DNA of 64,000 nt from an uncultured Candidatus Saccharibacteria bacterium (GCA_964468315.1 CAYXTA010000002.1:64319-128318), one strand, 5' to 3'. Numbered from the stretch's first letter, positions 41,150 through 51,789 are shown. A program made the numbers and translations. Notes: generated from the letters alone by a model not told the origin.

Positions 41150-42850
41150 TTACATTCTCTCGGGTAAAGAAATACCGAGAAGCCAAAGACCATTTTGCAT
41201 TGTTGAAAGAAATGCTTTTGTTATACCTACGTAATAATGTGAATATTTATCTTTAGTATTTAGTATTTGTGTTTGTGCATAGAAAGAATTAAAAGTTGAA
41301 GCAAGGTTTATCAGATATGTAGCAATATGATTTGGTTCTAATTCTTGATATGAATAACTAACAACTTCAGGAAAACGATATAGAACTTTTTCTAAATCTG
41401 AAACCTCATTTGGAATATCTGAGAAAGATGTATGACCCAATGCTTTTGCAAGGATGGATTTCGCACGAATAGCGGAATATTGAAGATATGGACCAGAGTC
41501 CCCTTCGAAAGAAATAGATTTTTCAAAATCATAAACAATATCTGAACCAAGTGATGAGCGAAGTATGGAATATTTCAAAGCAGACACACCGACTATTTCA
41601 GAAAGTTTTTTCTTTTCATCTTCTGTAAACTCTCGATCTTTTATTTTTTCTAAAACAACATCCATAGAATCACGAAGTAAAGATTCCCCAGTGACTACAT
41701 TCCCTTTTCTTGAAGACATCTTACCAGTAGCAAGGCGCATCATACCGTGAGTTATGTGTTTCATACGAGACTGAATTTCAGGATGCATTATAGCGATAGC
41801 TTGCTCTACGACTTTCATATACTCAGCTTGTTCAATAGCTGTAGTAACGATAGAAATATCTGGATTTTCTTTTTCAAATTTTGTAATAGTCAGACCTATT
41901 TCTTTTGTCTCATATGTTGGAAGTCCTTTTGAATTTATAAAAACTCTTGTGTGGAGCTTTGGATTATAATTTTCTGCTTTGAAAACTATTGCTCCATCAG
42001 ATTCCTCAAAAATTTTACCAACATTTTCACGCACTATTTTCTCACCAATAGGCGCCATGATACTTTCGAAAAAGTAATAATCGAATTTCGTTCCGAGAGT
42101 TTTATATATTTCTTCAAAAGCTTCTAATGTGACCTTCCTTCCCCAATCATAAATCTTATTTATTTCTTCATCGCTTCTGTCGTAAACTTTTTTATTAATT
42201 TCATCAATTTCTTTTTTTGCATCTCCGTCATTGTCATATGCATCACTACCTTTTGAATAACATTCTCCAATATATTGAGCGAGTACTGAAGATGAAGCTG
42301 ATTCATCTGCTGGAGCTCCAGCTTTCTGCATTCCATAAATAGCTTTCGCAACGTGCGGACCGACATCACCTTGATAGTTTGCTCGCACAACTTTAGCACC
42401 TGAAAATTCAACAATACGAGAAATTGATTCTCCTATTGCATTACTCATTAAGTGGCCAATATGAAATGGTTTAAAAGGATTTGGTTGAGTATACTCTACC
42501 ATCACTTTTTTATTTTTTAATATTTCATTACTTCCCCAATTTTCATTGGACTCTATTATTTCTTTTATAGAATTACTGAAAAATTCTCTTGATAAATAAA
42601 AATTAATAAATCCTGCACCAGCGACTTCTACTTTTTCGATTTGATCATCTTTAGCAGAAAAAATTTCTGCAGAAATTTTTTCTGCTAATTCTCTCAGATT
42701 CATCTTTAAATTTTTAGCACATACCATCGCCACATTCGTAGAATAGTCCCCATTCTTAAAATCTTCCGGATGTTCAACAGAAAAATTCCCAGCTTCTATG
42801 TCTAGGCTTTTCAATGCTTGTAGTATTAAATTCTCTATTTTTTGTTTCAT
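41150..42850 (-). CDS. argS: Arginyl-tRNA synthetase
   Basis: HIGH motif PFHIGHLMSN, MSSRKG (KMSKS variant), C-terminal DALR anticodon-binding domain. Confidence 0.9.
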   Translation of the reverse strand: MKQKIENLILQALKSLDIEAGNFSVEHPEDFKNGDYSTNVAMVCAKNLKMNLRELAEKISAEIFSAKDDQIEKVEVAGAGFINFYLSREFFSNSIKEIIESNENWGSNEILKNKKVMVEYTQPNPFKPFHIGHLMSNAIGESISRIVEFSGAKVVRANYQGDVGPHVAKAIYGMQKAGAPADESASSSVLAQYIGECYSKGSDAYDNDGDAKKEIDEINKKVYDRSDEEINKIYDWGRKVTLEAFEEIYKTLGTKFDYYFFESIMAPIGEKIVRENVGKIFEESDGAIVFKAENYNPKLHTRVFINSKGLPTYETKEIGLTITKFEKENPDISIVTTAIEQAEYMKVVEQAIAIMHPEIQSRMKHITHGMMRLATGKMSSRKGNVVTGESLLRDSMDVVLEKIKDREFTEDEKKKLSEIVGVSALKYSILRSSLGSDIVYDFEKSISFEGDSGPYLQYSAIRAKSILAKALGHTSFSDIPNEVSDLEKVLYRFPEVVSYSYQELEPNHIATYLINLASTFNSFYAQTQILNTKDKYSHYYVGITKAFLSTMQNGLWLLGISLPERM

Positions 42851-43275
42851 TATTTATGCCCCGTACTTCCTTCTCTACCTTCTCCACGGACAGTATCAGA
42901 AAGTTCACTTACTTCCACAATATCACAATCTTCGAATTTTTGTATAATCATCTGTGTACATTTTTGCCCCTTCTCAATAACTTGTGTTTCTTTTGATAAA
43001 TTCACAAGTGAAGCAATAAATTCACCACGATATCCTGCATCTATAACTCCTCCCATTATTTTCAAACTTTTATTAAAAGAAATACTAGATTTATCCCATA
43101 TCAAACCAACACATCCTTCTGGAATTTCAAAAGATATACCTGTGTGCACACGTTTTTGCTCACCCGGCAAAAATATTACTTCTTCAAGGGCATATATATC
43201 TATACCAGCATCCCCAGGATGCCCATGAGTTGGCATCTTCGCATCATTATTTAATTTTTTAATTTTTAGTTGCAT
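42850..43275 (-). CDS. dut: dUTP pyrophosphatase
   Basis: GHPGDAGIDIYA, IMGGVIDAGYRGE and the other dUTPase motifs are conserved. Confidence 0.9.
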   Translation of the reverse strand: MQLKIKKLNNDAKMPTHGHPGDAGIDIYALEEVIFLPGEQKRVHTGISFEIPEGCVGLIWDKSSISFNKSLKIMGGVIDAGYRGEFIASLVNLSKETQVIEKGQKCTQMIIQKFEDCDIVEVSELSDTVRGEGREGSTGHK

Positions 43276-43685
43276 TACTTTAATATATTAACAAAAATTT
43301 CTGGCAAATCAGAAACTTCTTTGTATTCTACACAATTTATATTTTTGTTCCCCGCAATCATAGCTGAAAGTCTTTTGTCTTCACTTTTTCTATATAAAGC
43401 AATAATTTTCTTTCCCAAAGATTCTGCAAAACCTAATTCATAGCCGACACCAAGAGAAGTATTTGTAACTTCAGCAACCACAACATCTGCTTCTTTTATC
43501 CAGTTAACATCTTTTGTGTAAATTTCAACATCAGTCATATTCGTCTGACCATAACTAGAAATCTTTGCGTCAGCAATATGTTCCGTAAGAACTTGTCCAT
43601 AGTTTTGAAGAATAGTAATAATTTGACCATAGATTTCTCTGTCACCCCTTCCTCCTCTTATTGACCCTGCAAAATATATTTTCAT
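43275..43685 (-). CDS. Nucleoside 2-deoxyribosyltransferase-fold protein, DNPH1/Rcl-like 2'-deoxynucleoside 5'-phosphate N-hydrolase
   Basis: MKIYFAGSIRGGRGDREIY...VLTEHIAD...SLGVGYELGFAESLGKKI (compare DNPH1 YFCGSIRGGR...VLTEHVA). Confidence 0.7.
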   Translation of the reverse strand: MKIYFAGSIRGGRGDREIYGQIITILQNYGQVLTEHIADAKISSYGQTNMTDVEIYTKDVNWIKEADVVVAEVTNTSLGVGYELGFAESLGKKIIALYRKSEDKRLSAMIAGNKNINCVEYKEVSDLPEIFVNILK

Positions 43686-43686
43686 A

Positions 43687-44376
43687 CTATTTCAAAAATT
43701 TCTTAACTTCCTTATAAATCATGTCGTGAATTTTTTCACGAGTAAGTATTTGTCCTTTATCAGAACAATCTATTTTCACAAATTCTTTTTGGGTTTTCGC
43801 AAGCCATATTGCACTTTTTGTAGAGTTAGTAAGATATGGAATATTTCCTTCAACAATATCTTTTTTCTTTTGAACGTATTCACGATTTGTTTTTTTATTT
43901 CTTTCTTTTATTAATTTCAAAATTATAGGCATTGGTAAACTAAGATAAAAAACAACATCAGGTCTAGGTATTTTAAAAACTCCATATTCCATTTCATCTA
44001 ACCACTCGATAAATGCTTCGCGTTTTTTTGCATTAGCGATTTTTCCTCCTTGGTGTATTTGATTTGCTGAAACATATCTATTAGCTAAAACAATATAACC
44101 TTTCTTTAGCCATTCATTTATTTTTTCTTTTGTTTCAAATCTATCTGCTGCATAAAGAACAGATGCTATTTTTGGATGAATATTTACAAAATTAAAATAT
44201 TGTTCAGTTAAACAATGACCAATGAATTTACCAAAAAAATTATTATAATAATCAGGAAAATCAACAAGTTTAACAACATAACCTTTTTCTTTTAAGGTTT
44301 TAGATAAAAGCTCAACCTGCGTCGCCTTTCCACTTCCGTCTGTACCATCTATAACAATTAATTTTCCTTTTTTCAT
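43687..44376 (-). CDS. tmk: Thymidylate kinase
   Basis: P-loop IVIDGTDGSGKATQ and DRF motif AADRFETK. Confidence 0.8.
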   Translation of the reverse strand: MKKGKLIVIDGTDGSGKATQVELLSKTLKEKGYVVKLVDFPDYYNNFFGKFIGHCLTEQYFNFVNIHPKIASVLYAADRFETKEKINEWLKKGYIVLANRYVSANQIHQGGKIANAKKREAFIEWLDEMEYGVFKIPRPDVVFYLSLPMPIILKLIKERNKKTNREYVQKKKDIVEGNIPYLTNSTKSAIWLAKTQKEFVKIDCSDKGQILTREKIHDMIYKEVKKFLK

Positions 44377-44378
44377 AA

Positions 44379-45635
44379 TTATACAAAACTCTTTGGTATC
44401 GGATGCTTATGGGCGAGAGATTTTATTTTATTTTTAATTTCAATTTTCTTTTCAGTATTATCTTTATTCCTAAGTGTTTCTATTAAAAAACGTGCAACTT
44501 CGGCACAGTCTTCTTCTTTAAATCCCCTTGTTGTAATAGCTGGTGTACCGAAACGAATACCTGATGGATCAAGCGGTTTGCGTGTATCATTTGCTATTGA
44601 ATTCATATTTAAAGTGATGCCGACTTCATCGAGCACTGTTTGCGCTTCCTTACCAGTCACTCCTAAAGAACCGAAAACATCAGCAAGTATTAAATGATTA
44701 TCTGTTCCCCCACCGATCATACGCACACCCTCTTCACGCAAAACATTTTCCATTGCTTTCGCATTTTTTAAAATTTGTTTAGTGTATTCCTTAAACTCTG
44801 GGCGAAGTGCTTCACCGAAGGCCACAGCTTTCGCAGCGATAGTATGCATATGTGGACCTCCTTGAATTCCAGGGAAAATAGCTTTATCTATTTTCTTTGC
44901 AATCTCTTCGTTGGCGCGGGTTAAAATCATTCCTCCACGAGGACCACGCAAGGTCTTGTGTGTAGTTGTTGTGATAATATCAAAACCAAAATCAAAAGGA
45001 TTCTCAAGTGCTTCGCCTGCTATGAGTCCTGCAATATGTGCCATATCTGCCACAGTAATAGCTCCGACTTCGCGAGCAATCTCTACAAATTTTTTATAAT
45101 TAAGAGTTCTTGAATAAGCAGAAAATCCTGCGAGAATAATTTTTGGTTTATTTTCTAAAGCAACTTGGCGGAGCGCTTCATAATCGATCTCCCCTGTTTC
45201 AGTATCTTTCATTTTATAAGTAACAAAATTATAAATCTTTGCAGGTAATGTCATAGGGTGCCCGTGTGTAAGATGACCTCCATGAGAAAGATCCATGCCG
45301 AGTACTGTGTCACCTTGTTCAAGTAATGCAGAATACACAGCAAGGTTAGCTGGTGCGCCAGAGTGTGGTTGAACATTTGCAAATTTACATTTGAAAAGTT
45401 TACAAGCACGCTCTATGGCAAGTCTCTCTACGGCATCAGTAAAATCCTGACCACCATAATATCGCTTACCGGGATAACCTTCGGAATATTTATTAGTAAA
45501 AACGGAACCGTTTGCTTCGCGGACAGCCAAAGATACGTAGTTTTCAGATGGAATAAGTTCAAGCCCATCTTCTTCCCGCTTCTCTTCCCCAAGTATTGCT
45601 TTCATTACCTCTTCGTCCTGTTGTTCGATATACAT
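44379..45635 (-). CDS. glyA: Serine hydroxymethyltransferase
   Basis: LIPSENYVS...[13 protein letters not shown]...[13 protein letters not shown] (PLP-binding Lys). Confidence 0.9.
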   Translation of the reverse strand: MYIEQQDEEVMKAILGEEKREEDGLELIPSENYVSLAVREANGSVFTNKYSEGYPGKRYYGGQDFTDAVERLAIERACKLFKCKFANVQPHSGAPANLAVYSALLEQGDTVLGMDLSHGGHLTHGHPMTLPAKIYNFVTYKMKDTETGEIDYEALRQVALENKPKIILAGFSAYSRTLNYKKFVEIAREVGAITVADMAHIAGLIAGEALENPFDFGFDIITTTTHKTLRGPRGGMILTRANEEIAKKIDKAIFPGIQGGPHMHTIAAKAVAFGEALRPEFKEYTKQILKNAKAMENVLREEGVRMIGGGTDNHLILADVFGSLGVTGKEAQTVLDEVGITLNMNSIANDTRKPLDPSGIRFGTPAITTRGFKEEDCAEVARFLIETLRNKDNTEKKIEIKNKIKSLAHKHPIPKSFV

Positions 45636-45801
45636 ATGTCTATTTTAACACAAAACCAAACAGACAAAAACCAGCATTTTAGGCGTTGATGGCTGATTAC
45701 ATTTATCAAAAGTGGTTTTTGTAACACATAGAGCTTTTTGACAAATTATATTAATAATGATATTATCTATAAAAATAGATATTCATTTAAAATTAAATAT
45801 C

Positions 45802-46110
45802 ATGAAAAAATTCAAAAAGTTGTTGTCTTTTTTGGACTACATAGTAGAAAGTATAACCACCTATAAAGTTGTTTTCACTACTTATAATGAGCTACAGACC
45901 GATAGTGATTACTCTCGTTTTTGGTATGAAAAAAAACCTACATATAAAATATATAAATGTATTATAGGTATAGTTGTGGACAAAAACGTCTGTCACTGTA
46001 ATTACGCTGATTTATCTTCAGCAAATGAGGCTTGTGAAAAATTAAACAGTGGTGGTTACTATGAGGGGAAATATTTTCCATTATCAAAAGTGGATCATAT
46101 GCCTCATTGA
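45802..46110 (+). CDS. Hypothetical small protein (start re-set to MKKFKK)
   Basis: ORF followed by a terminator; Cys pairs CHC...C. Confidence 0.3.
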   Translation: MKKFKKLLSFLDYIVESITTYKVVFTTYNELQTDSDYSRFWYEKKPTYKIYKCIIGIVVDKNVCHCNYADLSSANEACEKLNSGGYYEGKYFPLSKVDHMPH

Positions 46111-46131
46111 ATTGGAATTCTTATCAAAAAA

Positions 46132-46167
46132 AACACATTTGGAAACTTTCCAAATGTGTTTTTTTAT
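46132..46167. terminator. Bidirectional terminator
   Basis: aacacatttggaaactttccaaatgtgtt plus T-run. Confidence 0.6.
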
Positions 46168-46177
46168 TTCATTATTT

Positions 46178-47488
46178 TTACGCTGGTACGAAAGTGAGCG
46201 CTGTTCCCTTTTTATCAGAACGGCCAGTACGGCCGATGCGGTGTACATATGTATCGTATGTTTGAGGAATATCGTAGTTGATTACATGAGTAACATCTGG
46301 AATATCGAGTCCGCGAGCAGCGACATCTGTAGCAATCAAGATATTTATCTTGTCTTGTTTGAATAAGTCTAAAGTACGAATACGTTCACGACTTCTCTTG
46401 TCACCATGAATACAACCAACTTTGAAACCAGATTGTGAAAGTTCTTTTGTAAGAGAATCACAAGCATGTTTCATTTCACGGAAGATAAGTACTTTGTCAG
46501 ATCCATCTTTTTTCAAGACTTCGATCAACATATCCAATTTATTATCTCTTGTAACTTTCACAACATCTTGATCAATATTTTTTGAAGTCTCCCCTGTCGT
46601 AACAGAAATAAATACTGGGTCTTTCAAAAAGTCAGTTGTAAGTTTTTTAATTTCTGGAGAAAGTGTAGCTGAGAAGAAAAGTGTTTGTCTTTCTTTATCA
46701 GTTTTTCCGAGAATAAAAATCATATCGTCACGGAATCCCATATCAAGCATTCTGTCTGCTTCATCGAGAACCACTGATTTGTATGGTGTAAGGTCGAGAA
46801 CTTTTCTTTTTATTAAATCAGTCACGCGTCCTGGTGTACCGATAACAAAAGAAACTCCATGTTTTATTTCACTAATTTGTTTTTGTATTGGCATACCTCC
46901 AACAACACAAACTCCAAAGAGTCCTGAACCACTAGCCATACTACGAAGATCTTCTTCGATTTGCATTGCAAGTTCACGAGTAGGAGCAAGTACTAGTACT
47001 TTTTCAGATTTATCTTTCATTACTTTATCAATAAGTGGCAAAAGGAAAGCTGCTGTTTTACCTTGTCCTGTATTTGCCATACCAAAAACATCCTTACCTT
47101 TAAGTACAGAAGGGATAGCTTGGTCTTGAATAGGACGAGGATTTACGTAACCTTTTTTTATAATATTTTTTTGTAATTGTGGAGCAAAAGGAAAATCAGC
47201 GAATACATGTTTTGAAACATATGGTTTCTCTTCTACTTTTACAGCTTTCTGGATGAAACGAGAATAATCTATTCTCTCTCCTCCAAATCTTTTATTACTA
47301 TTTCTTTTAGGTCCAAATTTTGGTCTTCCACCAGAACTTGGTCTACCAAATTTACTGCCATGTCTGACAGGTGCACCAACAGAACTAGAATGACTTCTAG
47401 TACCGAATGGTGGTTTCTTCCCCGCAAAGCGAGAAGGAGCGTGCGAAGGAGCTGATGCTCCACGCGCGAAACTGCGTGTTTTTATCAT
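46178..47488 (-). CDS. DEAD-box ATP-dependent RNA helicase with Arg/Gly-rich N-terminal extension
   Basis: Q motif, Walker A ANTGQGKT, DEAD box VLDEADRML, SAT, HRIGRTGR. Confidence 0.85.
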   Translation of the reverse strand: MIKTRSFARGASAPSHAPSRFAGKKPPFGTRSHSSSVGAPVRHGSKFGRPSSGGRPKFGPKRNSNKRFGGERIDYSRFIQKAVKVEEKPYVSKHVFADFPFAPQLQKNIIKKGYVNPRPIQDQAIPSVLKGKDVFGMANTGQGKTAAFLLPLIDKVMKDKSEKVLVLAPTRELAMQIEEDLRSMASGSGLFGVCVVGGMPIQKQISEIKHGVSFVIGTPGRVTDLIKRKVLDLTPYKSVVLDEADRMLDMGFRDDMIFILGKTDKERQTLFFSATLSPEIKKLTTDFLKDPVFISVTTGETSKNIDQDVVKVTRDNKLDMLIEVLKKDGSDKVLIFREMKHACDSLTKELSQSGFKVGCIHGDKRSRERIRTLDLFKQDKINILIATDVAARGLDIPDVTHVINYDIPQTYDTYVHRIGRTGRSDKKGTALTFVPA

Positions 47489-47687
47489 ATAATTTTTTGT
47501 GTCATGGTAACCAATCGCACGACACAAAAGTCATAATTGATTTCCACAAGTTTCAGTCTCGTTAAATAAGAGTGAGATTGATAATTTAAGAATAGCATTA
47601 TAAGAGTATTTTGTCAAATTTACCTAAAAATGTTTAATATGTTAGTGTTATAAAAAATCATATACATTAACAATAAAAAATACTACA

Positions 47688-48647
47688 ATGGAAACAATGA
47701 ATAATAACATAGAAAAACATGTTGATACTAAGTACCTCAATCTACTTGAACACATTTTACAAAATGGTGAAATAAAAACTGACCGTACTGGAACAGGAAC
47801 AAAAAGCATTTTTGGCTATCAAATGCGCTTTGACCTCAATGAAGGTTTCCCTCTTCTAACTACTAAAAAGGTTTTTCTTAAATCAGTCATCCATGAACTA
47901 ATTTGGTTCCTCCGTGGTGATACAAGCTTGAAATATCTTGAAGACAACGATGTTCACATTTGGGATGAATGGCCTTACAAAAATTATCTCAAAGAACAAA
48001 ATTTGGAAATTCCTAAAACAACAAGCGAAGAATGGAAAAAAGGGATTACTGAGTTCGTGGAAAAGATTAAAAATAACCCAAATTTTGCAAAACAATATGG
48101 AGATTTGGGACCAATTTATGGTTATCAATGGCGCAGTTGGCCAAAGGTAAATGGTGAATATATCGACCAAATAAAAATAGTTATAGACCAACTGAAAAAT
48201 TCTCCTGATTCTCGTAGAATGATTGTGTCTGCGTGGAATGTCGGACAATTAGATGAAATGTCTAAATCTGGACTTCCTCCTTGTCACTGCTTTTTCCAAT
48301 TTTATGTAGCTAAAGGTAAACTTTCATGTCAACTTTATCAAAGGAGTTGTGATACTTTTTTGGGTGTTCCATTCAACATTGCTTCGTATGCACTTCTAAC
48401 AATGATGATTGCACAAGTTTGTGGGCTTGAACTTGGAGAATTTATATGGACCGGTGGTGATGTTCACATTTACAACAATCACTTCGATCAGGCAAAATTA
48501 CAAATTTCAAGAAGGAATGATATTCGTCCAATGCCAAAGATGAAAATAAACCCTGAAAGAAAAAACATTGAAGAGTTTGTTTTTGAAGATTTTGAACTTG
48601 TTGGTTATGATCCACATCCTTTAATTAAAGCACCAATAGCTGTATAA
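47688..48647 (+). CDS. thyA: Thymidylate synthase (ThyA, long form)
   Basis: [16 protein letters not shown] and catalytic [11 protein letters not shown]. Confidence 0.9.
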   Translation: METMNNNIEKHVDTKYLNLLEHILQNGEIKTDRTGTGTKSIFGYQMRFDLNEGFPLLTTKKVFLKSVIHELIWFLRGDTSLKYLEDNDVHIWDEWPYKNYLKEQNLEIPKTTSEEWKKGITEFVEKIKNNPNFAKQYGDLGPIYGYQWRSWPKVNGEYIDQIKIVIDQLKNSPDSRRMIVSAWNVGQLDEMSKSGLPPCHCFFQFYVAKGKLSCQLYQRSCDTFLGVPFNIASYALLTMMIAQVCGLELGEFIWTGGDVHIYNNHFDQAKLQISRRNDIRPMPKMKINPERKNIEEFVFEDFELVGYDPHPLIKAPIAV

Positions 48648-48649
48648 AT

Positions 48650-49138
48650 ATGAAAATTTCTATCATAGCAGCAATTGGTAAGAATAATGAGATTGGTAAA
48701 GAAAATAAACTTCTTTGGTATTTACCTGCAGACTTAAAACACTTTAAAGAAATCACTTCTGGAAATCCTGTTATTATGGGTCGCAAGACTTTTGAATCTA
48801 TTGGTAAGGTTTTACCAAATAGAAGAAATATAATTATAACTAGAAACACCAAATACGAAGTTGATAATACAGAAGTTGTGTATTCTTTGGAACAAGCCTT
48901 AGCTTTATGTAAAAAAGAAGATGAGGTTTTCATAATTGGTGGATCTGAAATCTACAAACAAGCAATGTCTTTCGCTGATAAACTTTATATAACAGAAGTA
49001 GAAGCTGAAGATAAAAAAGCTGATGCATTCTTCCCTGAAATTATTCCAATAGTTTTTGGAGAAGAAAAAAGAGAGTTTCATAAAGCTGATGAGAAAAACA
49101 AGTACTCATATTCATTTATAGAATACAAAAAGTTTTAA
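48650..49138 (+). CDS. folA: Dihydrofolate reductase
   Basis: ISIIAAIGKNNEIGKENKLLWYLPADLKHFKEITSGNPVIMGRKTFESIG; 2-nt gap to thyA. Confidence 0.9.
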   Translation: MKISIIAAIGKNNEIGKENKLLWYLPADLKHFKEITSGNPVIMGRKTFESIGKVLPNRRNIIITRNTKYEVDNTEVVYSLEQALALCKKEDEVFIIGGSEIYKQAMSFADKLYITEVEAEDKKADAFFPEIIPIVFGEEKREFHKADEKNKYSYSFIEYKKF

Positions 49139-49144
49139 AATAAA

Positions 49145-49171
49145 AAGCCTCACAAAAGTGAGGCTTTTTTT
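49145..49171. terminator. Bidirectional terminator
   Basis: aagcctcacaaaagtgaggctt plus T-run. Confidence 0.6.
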
Positions 49172-49499
49172 ATGGATCTATATCTGTTTTTTCTCTAATA
49201 AAAATATCTTTTCCGTCTGGTGATTTTGCTTTTTTATATTTACGATTTTTATTTATTTCTATTTTTCTAACCAATTCTTTTTCTAAATCATAACCAAGTA
49301 TTTCACACATGCCAAGTAAAAACACAGCAACATCAGCGAACTCTTCTGCTACACCATCTTGGTTTTTATTAAATTTTGAAAAAGCTTCTGAAAGCTCTTC
49401 GTGTGCACGACAAAATTCTAATGCTACATCAGTAGTATTGAAACCTTTTTCAAGCTTATTTCGCATTACTTCTTTTTGTAATTCTTTTAGATCTACCAT
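49170..49499 (-). CDS. MazG-like nucleoside triphosphate pyrophosphohydrolase (small all-alpha NTP-PPase)
   Basis: EExEL...AHEELSEA...EEFADVAVFLLGMCEILGYDLE (E-rich metal-binding helices). Confidence 0.65.
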   Translation of the reverse strand: MVDLKELQKEVMRNKLEKGFNTTDVALEFCRAHEELSEAFSKFNKNQDGVAEEFADVAVFLLGMCEILGYDLEKELVRKIEINKNRKYKKAKSPDGKDIFIREKTDIDP

Positions 49500-49503
49500 A
49501 TAT

Positions 49504-49989
49504 TTATTGATTTTCGTATTTTACTACTTCTTCATTTAATAATTCATACACGACCCCAGCTTCAGCAAAAATATCTTTTGCTCTAGCTCCTCCATGATAA
49601 TAATTTCTTGCGATAACACGTTTGATTCCTGAATTAATAATCATCTTTGCACAAGCATAACACGGGGTCATATTACAATAAAGTGTGCCTCCTTCAAGTG
49701 CAATACCAGTACGTGCAGCGTGGACGATCGCATTTTGTTCAGCATGAGCAGTGCGGATGCAATGCATAGATTGTGTACAATCAGCATGAGTGATCGTATG
49801 CATTTCATGCCCAACTTCATCACAATGCTTTGTACCAGCCGGAGAACCCACATAACCAGTAGCCAAAATTCTGTTATCTTTTACAATTACACAACCACTT
49901 CTTCCCCTGTCACAAGTCGCCCGTTTTGCAACAGTATCCATTATCTCTAGAAAGTATTCATCCCAACTTGGTCTTTTGTAATTTTCAGA
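49504..49989 (-). CDS. dCMP deaminase (CMP/dCMP-type zinc deaminase); start re-set to MSENYKRP
   Basis: HAEQNAI and PCYACAKMI zinc motifs, WDEYFLEIM N-terminus. The longer ORF reading runs through the rplK terminator hairpin. Confidence 0.85.
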   Translation of the reverse strand, partial: SENYKRPSWDEYFLEIMDTVAKRATCDRGRSGCVIVKDNRILATGYVGSPAGTKHCDEVGHEMHTITHADCTQSMHCIRTAHAEQNAIVHAARTGIALEGGTLYCNMTPCYACAKMIINSGIKRVIARNYYHGGARAKDIFAEAGVVYELLNEEVVKYENQ

Positions 49990-50023
49990 CATAACTTTAG
50001 TATAGCTTAAAAGAATTAAAACA

Positions 50024-50060
50024 AAAGCCCCGCCAGGCATGTCTGGCGGGGCTTTTTAAG
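50024..50060 (-). terminator. Terminator of the secE-nusG-rplK transcript
   Basis: aagccccgccaggcatgtctggcggggctt plus T-run. Confidence 0.65.
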
Positions 50061-50071
50061 TTCTAAAATTA

Positions 50072-50497
50072 TTATCCTTTTATTTCGATTCCAGCACTTC
50101 TTGCAGAACCAGCGATAATATTGATAAGTCCTTCGTCATCTTTTGCATTAAGGTCAGCAGCTTTTTTCTTTCCGATTTCTAATGCTTGTGCACGAGTGAT
50201 TTTTCCTACTTTTGATGTATTAGGTTTTCCTGAACCTTTTTCTACGCCAGCAGCTTTAAGTATAAGGTCTGTAGCAGGAGCTGTTTTTATAACGAAATCA
50301 TAAGTACGATCTTCGTAAACATAAACAATACATCCTACCTTCTCACCCATCATAGCTGAAGTCGCTGCATTGAACTTGGTAACGAAATCACCAATGTTTA
50401 TACCAGCTTGTCCAAGTGCAGGACCAAGAGGAGGAGCGGGAGTTGCTCTTCCACCCATAATTTGTAACTTTATTTTCTTTGTTATTTTCTTTGCCAT
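50072..50497 (-). CDS. rplK: 50S ribosomal protein L11
   Basis: MAKKITKKIKLQIMGGRATPAPPLGPALGQAGINI. Confidence 0.9.
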   Translation of the reverse strand: MAKKITKKIKLQIMGGRATPAPPLGPALGQAGINIGDFVTKFNAATSAMMGEKVGCIVYVYEDRTYDFVIKTAPATDLILKAAGVEKGSGKPNTSKVGKITRAQALEIGKKKAADLNAKDDEGLINIIAGSARSAGIEIKG

Positions 50498-50516
50498 TTG
50501 TGTTTGTTATATTAGC

Positions 50517-51062
50517 TTATATCTTCTTAACTTGCAAGAAGTCGAGTTCTACTGGTGTCTCACGACCGAACATTGATACCAATACTTTTATCTTGCCTCT
50601 TTCTTGATCAATTGAACTTACTTTACCTTCAAGCTCTTTGAAAGGTCCATCATTTATCATTACCATTTCATCAACAGCGAGATCGATGTTATGTTTGAAT
50701 GTATCTGTATCCATTTTCTTGAACAAATACTCAACTTCATCAGCACGAAGAGGAACTGGGTTCACTCCTGCTCCAACGAAACCTGTAACACGTGGAGTGT
50801 TACGAACAACATACCAAGAATCATCTGTAACTATCATATCTACGAGTACGTATCCAGGATAAATCTTTTCTTCTACTTCAACACGCTTCCCTGCTTTGAT
50901 TTTAATATTTTTTTCAGTTGGAACGATCACATTGAAAATTTTCTCTTGCATACCCAAAGATTCAATACGTTGTTTAAGATTACGCAAAACTGCGTTTTCA
51001 TATCCAGCATATGTGTGGATTGCGTACCAATTTCTTTCTCCTTGTGTTTCTTGTTTTGACAT
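50517..51062 (-). CDS. nusG: Transcription termination/antitermination factor NusG
   Basis: NWYAIHTYAGYEN NGN domain and C-terminal KOW. Confidence 0.9.
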   Translation of the reverse strand: MSKQETQGERNWYAIHTYAGYENAVLRNLKQRIESLGMQEKIFNVIVPTEKNIKIKAGKRVEVEEKIYPGYVLVDMIVTDDSWYVVRNTPRVTGFVGAGVNPVPLRADEVEYLFKKMDTDTFKHNIDLAVDEMVMINDGPFKELEGKVSSIDQERGKIKVLVSMFGRETPVELDFLQVKKI

Positions 51063-51067
51063 AAAAA

Positions 51068-51247
51068 TTATGAAATTATTTTTTCTAGACCTTTAGAAAA
51101 TAAGAAGTCAAAAAAACCTAAGATGTATGCTATCCCCACAGAAAGAACTATAACAATAAGAGTATAGAAAATAGTCTGAGTTTTTGTTGGCCAGTTTACT
51201 TGTTTTAATTCTGTTTTTGTTTCTTTGAAATATTCAGTGATTTTTGA
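51068..51247 (-). CDS. secE: Preprotein translocase subunit SecE (short form; start at MSKITEY)
   Basis: Single TM, KQVNWPTKTQTIFYTLIVIV; canonical position upstream of nusG. Confidence 0.7.
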   Translation of the reverse strand, partial: SKITEYFKETKTELKQVNWPTKTQTIFYTLIVIVLSVGIAYILGFFDFLFSKGLEKIIS

Positions 51248-51370
51248 CATATATTTTAAAAATAAATTGCTCCTTTTAAAAAAGCCCCGTCGAGGGCTAT
51301 AAACTAAATATACTCTTTTATTCAAAAATAGTCAAATATACCTGTAAATAGCCCGCAATAGCACAAAAAC

Positions 51371-51398
51371 TTGCTTTTTTATTAAAAAGGTGTATAAT
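51371..51398 (+). promoter_or_regulatory. Sigma70-type promoter TTGCTT-N16-TATAAT for the 51423 gene
   Basis: ttgcttttttattaaaaaggtgtataat, 24 nt upstream of the ATG. Confidence 0.5.
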
Positions 51399-51422
51399 AT
51401 ATCTAAATAAAAACTTTGAAAA

Positions 51423-51731
51423 ATGAAAAAACAGAAAATAAATTTGAAAGAGTTTATTAATATTGTTAAGAATGTAAAAGATTTTTGGAAACGCCTCGAC
51501 AAAATTCACGAAAGATATATTTTTGAAAGAAAAAACTTTGGAAAAACAACTTCTAATTACCTAAACATGGTAAGAAAAGAATGCCCAAACTACCTTTTGG
51601 GTAAGGAAGAAACATGGGTAAAAATTGTAGGTTTCTATACAAACTATATTCCAAAATGGATAGAAGAATACGAAGAAATTGTCGAGAATTACAAAAAACA
51701 AAAAAAGGGGGTACAATTACATTTTTTTTAA
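51423..51731 (+). CDS. Hypothetical protein
   Basis: 102-aa ORF with promoter and terminator; no recognisable motif. Confidence 0.35.
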   Translation: MKKQKINLKEFINIVKNVKDFWKRLDKIHERYIFERKNFGKTTSNYLNMVRKECPNYLLGKEETWVKIVGFYTNYIPKWIEEYEEIVENYKKQKKGVQLHFF

Positions 51732-51737
51732 TAAACA

Positions 51738-51772
51738 AAACACCCAACTCAGTTGGGTGTTTTTTATTTTTT
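51738..51772. terminator. Bidirectional terminator
   Basis: aacacccaactcagttgggtgtt plus T-run. Confidence 0.6.
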
Positions 51773-51789
51773 ACAAGTTTATTTAATTT

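Noticed and set aside
49990-50040. N-terminal extension of the dCMP deaminase ORF (MPGGAFVLILLSYTKV)
   Set aside because: Runs through the rplK terminator hairpin; the internal Met MSENYKRP aligns with deaminase N-termini.
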